Positions 7,195 through 13,993 of a stretch of DNA of 13,994 nucleotides are shown here, one piece after another. Every line of letters starts with the position of its first letter. Position 1 is the first letter of the stretch. The DNA comes from Candidatus Eiseniibacteriota bacterium. Its GTDB lineage: Bacteria; Eisenbacteria; RBG-16-71-46; DASYSL01. A model generated the notes under the pieces. The model was given only the letters and a program-made list of their open reading frames with translations, was not told the origin of the DNA and made no database searches. The DNA is taken from contig JBKJJJ010000035.1 of NCBI GenBank assembly GCA_046598045.1, positions 1-13,994 of the forward strand, written 5' to 3'. Made by a program: the position numbers and the translations under genes.

Positions 7195-8633
7195 GGAAGC
7201 AGGACGAACCGGCGCGCGATCCGGTCCGAGCCCTGCGTGAGTTCCAGCCAGTACACGCCGGCAGCCGGCCGGGCGCTCTCGAAGATGCGCATCGCCTGCC
7301 GCCCGGCCGTCGGGTGCGCCAATGCACGCGACTCGACCGTCCGCCCGCGGACATCGAGGACCGCGATGCGGCCGGGCCGGTCGTTGGGCAATTCGAAGGT
7401 CACGCTCGGGGACGTGCCGCGCGCCGGATTCGGCGAAGGCGCAGACAGCGCGAGCGCCCCGCGAGCCGGTCCCGAGCCCGGGACACCGACGGTCGGATTG
7501 CCCTGGTAGAGCAGGCTCAACGTGCCGTTGCCGGCGTCGAGCACGGCGACGTCCATGAGACCGTCCCCGTTCAAGTCCGCCGCGATCACGTCCCGCGGTC
7601 GAGCGCCGGTCAGGACGGGACTCCCCGCGTCGAACGTCGCGTCGCCGTGACCCTTGAACCAGAGCACGCGGCCCGAGAGCTCGTTTGCGGTCACGAGATC
7701 CTGCAGGCCGTCGCCGTCGAAGTCACCGGCTGCGATTCCGTTGCCCCCGACATCCGACGGAACCGTTTGTGCCCCTCCGACTCCGTTGCCCCGCCAGATC
7801 GTGACCGCGGCTTGATCGACAGCCGTGTAGGCGGCGTCGAGCATGGAATCTCCGTCGAAATCGCCCACCGAGAGTTGCCGGCTTACCGCGTTCGAGAACG
7901 CCGGCCCCGGGAGCGCCGTCAGCACGTTGGGCCCGTCATTGCGCAAGAACGCACTCGCCGCCGCGGAACCCGTATACGCCACGTCCGGGTCCCCGTCGCC
8001 GTCGAGGTCCTGGACCACGCCTTCGCTGGCGATTCCGTACGTCAACGGAAGCCACTCCGGCGGTCCGAACACCCCGGGGGATATCGCGAGCTGCCGGATG
8101 AAAGGGCCCTCGATAGCGGAGAGGGCGAGGTCGAGGCGCCCGTCCCCATCCAGGTCGAGCGCGTCAACAGTGTGAGGGCTCGTATGGGAGTGACCCGGGA
8201 CCGAGCCGTAGTAGAAATTCTGCGTCGCCGTGAAGTGCCCATCCCCGTCATTGCGCAACACCTGGACCCCGTTCAGCGACCCTGCGGGCCCGTTGCCGAC
8301 GATCGCCGCATCCGGCGCCCCGTCGACATCGAAGTCAGCCAGCGCGACGTCCAGGATGCCCTCGAACGTCGAAGATGTCGGGCCGGGATGAAACGCGCCG
8401 TCCCCATAGCCGAAGAAAGTCTGGATCCGGCCCTGGTTCGCGTAGGCCGCGTTGCCGAAGATCGCGAGGTCCAGAAGGCCGTCCTTGTCGAGGTCAGCGG
8501 CCAAGACGCGGACCTGAGAGATTCCCACCGAGTAGTCGAGGCGCACGCCGAACGGGCTCGCGGCGTAGGCGGGCGGAGCGAGGATCAGGCTCAGGCTTGA
8601 GATGGCGGCAGATCGGGCGATGGCTCGCATCAT
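7191..8633 (-). CDS. Secreted FG-GAP/VCBS repeat (7-blade beta-propeller) protein with C-terminal T9SS-CTD-like domain
   Basis: Start ATG 8633 with AAGGAG (minus strand, 8647-8642). Signal peptide ...LSLILAPPAYA|AS. Seven DxDxDG-type repeats: ADLDKDGLLDL, ADFDVDGAPDA, LDLDGDGRLDL, QDLDGDGDPDV, GDFDGDSMLDA, GDFDGDGLQDL, ADLNGDGLMDV. C-terminal domain with PSPNP, DVRGR, AGVYWL, RRFVLLP. Confidence 0.9.
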   Translation of the reverse strand: MMRAIARSAAISSLSLILAPPAYAASPFGVRLDYSVGISQVRVLAADLDKDGLLDLAIFGNAAYANQGRIQTFFGYGDGAFHPGPTSSTFEGILDVALADFDVDGAPDAAIVGNGPAGSLNGVQVLRNDGDGHFTATQNFYYGSVPGHSHTSPHTVDALDLDGDGRLDLALSAIEGPFIRQLAISPGVFGPPEWLPLTYGIASEGVVQDLDGDGDPDVAYTGSAAASAFLRNDGPNVLTALPGPAFSNAVSRQLSVGDFDGDSMLDAAYTAVDQAAVTIWRGNGVGGAQTVPSDVGGNGIAAGDFDGDGLQDLVTANELSGRVLWFKGHGDATFDAGSPVLTGARPRDVIAADLNGDGLMDVAVLDAGNGTLSLLYQGNPTVGVPGSGPARGALALSAPSPNPARGTSPSVTFELPNDRPGRIAVLDVRGRTVESRALAHPTAGRQAMRIFESARPAAGVYWLELTQGSDRIARRFVLLP

Positions 8634-8665
8634 GCGGGGCACTCCTTTCGAGGGAATTCCGTCCA

Positions 8666-8694
8666 AGGATACGCCCGAATATGCGCTTTGTAAC
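8666..8694 (-). promoter_or_regulatory. Putative sigma70-type promoter for the FG-GAP gene
   Basis: Minus strand GTTACA (8694-8689), 17-nt spacer, TATCCT (8671-8666); 4/6 each, in a locally AT-richer patch just upstream of the RBS. Confidence 0.4.
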
Positions 8695-8723
8695 GGCTTT
8701 TACGGCCCCGGCCGGGGCGGCAG

Positions 8724-8750
8724 GTAAACGTCCCTGCCGCCAGCGTCGTC
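8724..8750 (+). promoter_or_regulatory. Putative ECF sigma factor promoter for the 8807 gene
   Basis: GTAAAC (8724-8729), 17 nt, CGTC (8747-8750) fits the general AAC-N16/17-CGT ECF promoter pattern; 56 nt upstream of ATG 8807. Confidence 0.4.
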
Positions 8751-8806
8751 CTTGCTGTTGAACGCCCCTGAACGGTCAGGGTCGTCGCCACCAGCAGGAG
8801 GACGCC

Positions 8807-9823
8807 ATGTTGATCGCCAACGCCACCCATCCCGCCACTGTCCGGCCCCGCCCGCTGGGCTCCCCGATCCCCGGTATGGCCGGCCTCGCCGGCCTGGCCG
8901 CGATCGCCTTGGCCGCCCTCGGCTCGATCCCCGGCTCCGCCCAGGCGTGGGGCCGCGGGCCGTCCGTCGACCGCGAGACCACCGTCTACGAGGGCCCGCT
9001 CGCGATCGGCATCAAGGTCCGCGGCGGCACGACCCCGCTGTTCCAGGCTGCGAACCGGCCGGACCGCTGGTACCTCCAGGCGCGCGAAGGCGCGAGCTAC
9101 GAGGTCAACGTGCGCAACACCTCGGGCGACCGCATCGCGTTCGTGATCGCGGTCGACGGCATCAACGCGATCAACGGCACGCGCAGTCACCTGGGCTCGG
9201 ACGAGCCGCTGTACGTGCTCGATCCCTATGCCGGCATGACGGTCAAGGGCTGGCGCAAGGATCTCGGCAACGTCAGCAAGTTCGTGTTCGTCGACGAGGA
9301 GCGCTCCTATGCCGCGCGCACCGACCAGGCGAACGGCGACCTCGGCTGGATCCGCGTGGTCGCGTTCCACGAGTCGCGCCCGATCAGCTACTTCGAGGAA
9401 CCGCGGCTGGGCGTAACCCGGGGCGGGCGCAAGGGTCCCTATCGCGGCGGCTCGGGCAACGCCCCCGAGGCGCGCGGCGACGAGTCGAGGGACCAGGCGA
9501 AGGCCGCGCCGCGCGAGGAAGCCCGGCGCCAGGTGGGCGACAACGGCATGAGCACCGAGAGCGCGCCCGCGCCGAGCATGCGGCCGACGGCCGAGAAGGA
9601 ATCGAGCCCGGGCACCGGCTGGGGCAGCAACCAGCGCGACCACGCGCGGCGGGTCGAGTTCACGCCCGAGCCCTACGCCTGCGCGCAGGTGATCCTGCGC
9701 TACGAGTACCAGTCGGCGCTGGTCTCGCTCGGCATCCTGCCGTGGCGCGGCTACGATCGCGACCGCCTGTGGGAGCGCGAGAACGGCACGCTCGGCTTCT
9801 CCCAGCCGCCGATGCACCGCTAG
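8807..9823 (+). CDS. Exported conserved hypothetical protein (338 aa)
   Basis: AGGAGG RBS at 8796-8801; hydrophobic signal ending GSAQA|WG; strong GC3 bias. Beta-rich domain (YEVNVRN..DRIAFVIAVDGINAING..YVLDPY..VKGWRK..FVF..SYAART..LGWIRVVAFHE), low-complexity linker, then PGTGWG..VEF..ILRYEYQSALVSLGILP..GFSQPP. Alternative start ATG 8876. Confidence 0.85.
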   Translation: MLIANATHPATVRPRPLGSPIPGMAGLAGLAAIALAALGSIPGSAQAWGRGPSVDRETTVYEGPLAIGIKVRGGTTPLFQAANRPDRWYLQAREGASYEVNVRNTSGDRIAFVIAVDGINAINGTRSHLGSDEPLYVLDPYAGMTVKGWRKDLGNVSKFVFVDEERSYAARTDQANGDLGWIRVVAFHESRPISYFEEPRLGVTRGGRKGPYRGGSGNAPEARGDESRDQAKAAPREEARRQVGDNGMSTESAPAPSMRPTAEKESSPGTGWGSNQRDHARRVEFTPEPYACAQVILRYEYQSALVSLGILPWRGYDRDRLWERENGTLGFSQPPMHR

Positions 9824-9869
9824 AACTCGTGACCCGGGACCCGGACCCCAGAGGCCCGGGTCGCGGGTT
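9824..9869 (+). terminator. Stem-loop immediately after the stop codon (possible terminator or 3' stabiliser)
   Basis: AACTCGTGACCCGGG (9824-9838) pairs with CCCGGGTCGCGGGTT (9855-9869): 15 bp including two G-U pairs that only form on the + transcript; 16-nt loop; no real U-tract. Confidence 0.5.
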
Positions 9870-9894
9870 ACAACTCGCCGGGGCCAATGCACCG

Positions 9895-9924
9895 AACGGG
9901 CGTGCCTTGTAAGGCACGCCCGTT
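9895..9924. repeat. Perfect 14-bp inverted repeat with 2-nt spacer
   Basis: AACGGGCGTGCCTT (9895-9908) - GT - AAGGCACGCCCGTT (9911-9924); the arms are exact reverse complements. Confidence 0.95.
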
Positions 9925-9935
9925 GTCGCTAGTGT
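9907..9935 (+). promoter_or_regulatory. Putative sigma70-type promoter for the beta-barrel gene
   Basis: TTGTAA (9907-9912), 17 nt, TAGTGT (9930-9935; conserved TA...T retained); 44 nt upstream of ATG 9980. Confidence 0.45.
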
Positions 9936-9979
9936 CGCGAGGGTTCGTCGCCCGCCTCAACCCGCGAAAGGATCTCGCC

Positions 9980-10597
9980 ATGTCGCTTGCTGCACTCGTT
10001 GACTCCAGGGGCCTTCGTCGCGCGCTCGGCGTCGCCGCCGCGGCCGCCGTGCTCGCGGGGATGCGCCCCGCGCCCGCCGAAGGGTTCCAGCTCAGCCGCG
10101 TCGAGTTCCTGCAGCAGTCGGTCAAGACCGCGGGGCAGAGCTTCGTCACCGGGTTCGGTCTGCGGGCCCATCTCGCGGGCGGGGATCTCGATGACGGGTT
10201 CGAGTTCGTGCCCGCGATCGAGAACTGGGCGAAGGTCTCGCGGCTGCCCGAGCTCGGCGTGCCCGTGCTGCGGCAGCGCGATTGGCGGATTGGCGGCGAC
10301 GTGCGCTACTACCTCGGGGATCGCCCGGGCTGGACGCCGTACGCGGGGGTGGGCCTGGCGCTCGACCTGGTGCACAACTACGTCGAGGTCGGACCGCAGT
10401 ACAGCGACACCACCGTGCGGGAGAGCTCGGGCCACAAGCTCGCGCCCAATTTCCTGGTGGGCGTCGATCTCCCGGCGACGGGACCGATTCGGAGCTCGTT
10501 CGAGATGAGCTACCACCTCGTGCCGGATCTCAAGCAGTTCAAGATCAACTTCGGCTTCGGCTACGAGTTCGGCAAGCACGCGAGCGCCAGCGAGTAA
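9980..10597 (+). CDS. Outer-membrane beta-barrel protein (small, about 8 strands; OmpA-TM/OmpW/PorT-like class)
   Basis: ATG 9980 with AAGGA at 9968-9972. Signal-like N-terminus (..RRALGVAAAAAVLAGMRPAPAEG). Alternating amphipathic strands GFGLRAHL, FEFVPAIENW, WRIGGDVRYYL, WTPYAGVGLAL, PNFLVGVDL, SSFEMSYHL, and beta-signal-like FKINFGFGYEF. Confidence 0.8.
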   Translation: MSLAALVDSRGLRRALGVAAAAAVLAGMRPAPAEGFQLSRVEFLQQSVKTAGQSFVTGFGLRAHLAGGDLDDGFEFVPAIENWAKVSRLPELGVPVLRQRDWRIGGDVRYYLGDRPGWTPYAGVGLALDLVHNYVEVGPQYSDTTVRESSGHKLAPNFLVGVDLPATGPIRSSFEMSYHLVPDLKQFKINFGFGYEFGKHASASE

Positions 10598-10627
10598 TCG
10601 ACTGGCGCTCGCAGCCTGCCTGGTGCG

Positions 10628-13600
10628 CTACGGGAGCAGGACCATCCGCTTCTCGAACGTGCCCTCGCGCGTGACCAGCCGGTAGTAGTACATGCCCGTC
10701 GGGGCGCGGCGGCCGTTGTCGTCGCGCCCGTCCCATGCCGCCGTGTGCTCACCCGCCGCCATCAGCCCGCTCGCCAAACGCTTGACCAGGCGCCCCTGCA
10801 CCGAGAACACGGAGAGGTCCGCCGGACCGTCGACGTGCAGCCCGTAGCGCAGGCTCGTCGCGCCGCCGAACGGGTTCGGCGCGTTCTGCGCGAGGAACGC
10901 GACGCGCGGGATCGCCGGCGCGTCCACGGACGACAGCCCGTTGACCTGCACCGTGAGCGACGACGCCGGGCCCCAGTTGCCCGCGCTGTCCTGGCCCCGC
11001 ACCCAGACCTTGCGCGATCCGCTCGAGAACGGCGACGAATCGAGCGTGCCCGTCACGCCGACGGTCGCGCCCGATCCGCCGAGCGTGAGCGGTGTGCCGA
11101 GGCCGGCGAGCGAGGGGGAGTCGCCGAACGACCACTCCGCCGCCGCGATGTTGCTGCCCCCGCGCGCGACGTCGCTCACGCTGGCGCTCAGAGAGACGGG
11201 GTTCGGCCGCACGATCGGGTTGGGACTGACCGCGATCGAGCCCGCGACCACGACCGGCCCGAGCACGTCGCCGCCGGCGCGCGCGATCGTGAACACCGCG
11301 TTGCTGACGTCGCCCTGCGACAGCCCGGGGGCGCCGTTGTCGGTGACGCGCACGCGCACGAGGCAGCGCGTCGAGTTCGGCACGGTCGTGAGGTCCCACG
11401 AGTACGGGCTCGCGCCGGGTGAGCTCGTCAAGAGCGTCCACGAGTCGCCGCCGTCGATCGAGTACTCGAGGGTGCGCGTCGCAACGGAGTAGCCGCCGCC
11501 GATGGTCTCGGTCCAGCTGATCGGCGCGGTGGCGGCGCTCAGGACCTCGGCGCCGTTCGGCGAGGTGATGGCGACCGCGGGCCGCGGGCGCGCGAGCAGC
11601 CACTGGATGGTCTTGTCGGCGATGTCGTTGCGGATCGCGCTCGGCGCGCCGTACGGCGGATCGACCGCGGTCCACTCGAAGAACTGGTTCGCCAGCCGGC
11701 TCGGCAGGCCCGCCCACAGCGCGGTCCCGGCAGCGCCGTTGGGCACGGCGCTCTCCCAGCGGAAGCCGATGTCGTCGGGGACCGTGTTGTTGTCGCGCCA
11801 CGTGTACGCGGTCGCGCCGCCCGGCGAGGCCACGATGTCGACCTCGTCGCCCGCGCCGCCGGTGCGCACCGGCTCGTAGGGCACGCCGGCCACGTAGCCG
11901 CCCGAGATCGGGTCGCCGCCGTAGCCCGTGTTCTGGCTCCACGTCGTCGGGTCGGCGTTGTAGACGACCTTGAGCGTGCCGTTGAGCCACGCCTGGGTCG
12001 CGACCGTCGCATAGCCCGAGGTCAGGTCGCCGAGCGCCCACGCGATGTCGTGGCCGATCGTGGCGAGCCGTCCGCCGCCGTTCAGGTAGTTGGTGACGGC
12101 GGTACGCTGTTCGTCACTGAACGGCGGATACTGGTCGATGCCGACCTGCCACAGCACCGCCTTGTAGGAGCGCAGGCCGCTGTTCGCGTCCCCGAGCGCG
12201 GGGTGATCGGCGAGCGGTCCGATCCACTTGTCGTAATCGTAGTTGAGCGTCTTGAGCGCGTCCTCCCACGCGGAGAGGCGCGGGTAGCCCGCTTCGCCGA
12301 CGAGCAGCAGCACGTCGCCCGAGCCCTTCGCCGTGAACTTGTAGTGGGTCCCGGCCAGGTTGTCGCGCACGGTGTTGCCCAGCAGCGACGTGGCCTCGAC
12401 GTCGTAATAGTAGGTCGCGCCCGGGGTCAGGCTCGAGAGCAGGACCTGGTGCGCGAACGGTGCGCCGCTCTCGGTGACGCTGCCGAGCTCGAGCGCGGTC
12501 GTCAGGCCGTAGTAGACCTTGCCGACCGCGTTGAGATTGGTGTTGAACGTCACCAGCGTGCCCGAGGCGCCCTGCGACGTGGCCTTCACGTTCGTGATGA
12601 TGGGGTTCGCGAAACTCACACTCGCGTTCGCGGTGAGCGTCGCGCCGGGCGAGACATCGAGGTAGGTCGCGGTCAGCGCGTCGCCGCTCGAGACCGAGAG
12701 CGCGCCGTTCGCTGCGACCGGGCTCAGCTGCGTCAGCGGGAGCGTGCCCGTGAGCACACCGTTCGCGCCGGTGAGCGTGACCGTCTCGCCGCCGGGCTCG
12801 GTGGTCGACGCCACGGTCACGTTGACCGAGCTGCCGGCGTTGGTGTCGGTGACCTGCAGAGCCATCGTGCTCGAGGATCCGTACACCGCGCGGTCGAGCG
12901 CGAGCACGCCGGCGTTCTGGCCCACGCCGCCGGTGACGCACAGGCCGAAAGGCTGCGGGCCGATCGGCACCGCCGGCGCCGCGACCCGGATTGTGTACAG
13001 GCCCGCGGTCGGGACGACGATCCGCACGTTCTCCTCGACGTTCAGGTTGTCGGTCAGGCCGCCCGTGACCGAGACGCCGAGGGAGAACACGTTGCCCTTG
13101 TAGGTCGAGACGCCATTGGTGACCGTCAAGTCGAGGTTGTTGACGAGCTGGACCGACGCCGACGGGTTGCCCGGGTAGTCGCTCCAGCACAGGCTGACCT
13201 CGAGCGGCAGCGAGGTGTCGGTGACGTTGACCTGGTACTCGATGTACTGGCCCTGGCCCAGGCCCTGGGTGTTGTCGACCAGCAGCAGCTTGCGCGCGTC
13301 GCCGGGGAAATAGAGCACGTTGTCGATCTTGAGACGGCCGTAGCCGATGTTGTTGTCGGGAGCGGAGAAGCCGGTGACGCCGTTGTCGGCGGCGTTGATC
13401 GCCATCGCCTTGAGCAGCGCGGCCGAGGGCGAGAACGCGTTCGCCACCACCGGCCCGCCGGTCGGATACCAGCCATCGCTCAGGTACTGGCGCATCAGGA
13501 CGATCGCGCCGGTGCCGGTCGGGCTGGCCATCGACGTTCCCGACAGCAATGCATAGGTGGCCGGGCCCGCCTGCGCGGAATTGACGCTCTGGCCCGGGGC

Positions 13601-13993
13601 GGCGAACAGGGGCTTGCGGCGCCCATCGGCCGTCGGGCCGCGGCTGGTCGAGGTGTAGATCGAGGCCTGGTTCGGGCCATTGCGCACGCCGCCCATGCCC
13701 GCGAGGTTCTTCGCGCTGGCCGGGCTGCCGACGGTGCCGGCCGTGCCCGAGTTGCCATTCGAGAACGCGATGTACATGTCCGGGTGGTCCCACACGAACT
13801 GGTCGATCTGCATCGCGTTCAAGTCATACGCGCCGTTGACCGCCGAGCCCCACGAGTTCGAGGACACGCGCGCCGCACCGCCCGCGTTGCCCGTGTAGGG
13901 CGGCAGGAACAGGTCGTTCAGGTCGTCGAACGGAATCACCGAGTTCGCGATCGTCACGCCCGAGAGATCCATGAAGAAGATCTTGGCGTCCTT
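10628..13993 (-). CDS. Large multidomain S8 (subtilisin, KP-43-like) serine protease with C-terminal FlgD-Ig/T9SS-CTD-like domain, 5'-partial
   Basis: Frame stays open to the window edge (..KDAKIFFMDL..), so the start and the Asp/His catalytic residues are outside the window. Motifs VSSNSWG, oxyanion FSNGNSG, SPASAKN, SSRGPTADGRRKP-like, catalytic Ser in SGTSMASP (about 13543-13520), PSAALLKAMAIN, GYGR, VNNLDL jelly-roll. C-terminus QNAPNPF..GRLVKRL..WDGRDDNGRRAPTGMYYYRL..KRMVLLP; stop TAG 10630-10628. Confidence 0.95.
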   Translation of the reverse strand, partial: KDAKIFFMDLSGVTIANSVIPFDDLNDLFLPPYTGNAGGAARVSSNSWGSAVNGAYDLNAMQIDQFVWDHPDMYIAFSNGNSGTAGTVGSPASAKNLAGMGGVRNGPNQASIYTSTSRGPTADGRRKPLFAAPGQSVNSAQAGPATYALLSGTSMASPTGTGAIVLMRQYLSDGWYPTGGPVVANAFSPSAALLKAMAINAADNGVTGFSAPDNNIGYGRLKIDNVLYFPGDARKLLLVDNTQGLGQGQYIEYQVNVTDTSLPLEVSLCWSDYPGNPSASVQLVNNLDLTVTNGVSTYKGNVFSLGVSVTGGLTDNLNVEENVRIVVPTAGLYTIRVAAPAVPIGPQPFGLCVTGGVGQNAGVLALDRAVYGSSSTMALQVTDTNAGSSVNVTVASTTEPGGETVTLTGANGVLTGTLPLTQLSPVAANGALSVSSGDALTATYLDVSPGATLTANASVSFANPIITNVKATSQGASGTLVTFNTNLNAVGKVYYGLTTALELGSVTESGAPFAHQVLLSSLTPGATYYYDVEATSLLGNTVRDNLAGTHYKFTAKGSGDVLLLVGEAGYPRLSAWEDALKTLNYDYDKWIGPLADHPALGDANSGLRSYKAVLWQVGIDQYPPFSDEQRTAVTNYLNGGGRLATIGHDIAWALGDLTSGYATVATQAWLNGTLKVVYNADPTTWSQNTGYGGDPISGGYVAGVPYEPVRTGGAGDEVDIVASPGGATAYTWRDNNTVPDDIGFRWESAVPNGAAGTALWAGLPSRLANQFFEWTAVDPPYGAPSAIRNDIADKTIQWLLARPRPAVAITSPNGAEVLSAATAPISWTETIGGGYSVATRTLEYSIDGGDSWTLLTSSPGASPYSWDLTTVPNSTRCLVRVRVTDNGAPGLSQGDVSNAVFTIARAGGDVLGPVVVAGSIAVSPNPIVRPNPVSLSASVSDVARGGSNIAAAEWSFGDSPSLAGLGTPLTLGGSGATVGVTGTLDSSPFSSGSRKVWVRGQDSAGNWGPASSLTVQVNGLSSVDAPAIPRVAFLAQNAPNPFGGATSLRYGLHVDGPADLSVFSVQGRLVKRLASGLMAAGEHTAAWDGRDDNGRRAPTGMYYYRLVTREGTFEKRMVLLP

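Noticed and set aside
7540..8500. Recurrent CCGTC..GTCGA-like nucleotide motifs as a CRISPR or tandem DNA repeat
   Set aside because: They are degenerate, irregularly spaced and in frame; they encode the DxDGD FG-GAP protein repeats.
8634..8806. Known riboswitch (e.g. c-di-GMP-I) or tRNA in this or the other intergenic gaps (909-1028, 9824-9979)
   Set aside because: Hairpins are present, but I could not match the conserved core of any riboswitch, tRNA cloverleaf or other RNA family by eye. An Infernal/Rfam scan would be decisive.
9912..9926. Sigma54-like site AGGCACG-CCCG-TTGT
   Set aside because: It lacks the nearly invariant -12 GC (TTGT instead of TTGC) and is explained as one arm of the inverted repeat.
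10007..10030. Twin-arginine (Tat) signal in the beta-barrel (GLRRALG)
   Set aside because: Poor match to S/T-R-R-x-F-L-K, and OM barrels are exported unfolded through Sec.
10598..10627. Bidirectional terminator between the convergent barrel and S8 genes
   Set aside because: Only a weak, short, imperfect stem (CGCA...TGCG) with no U-tracts; not enough support.
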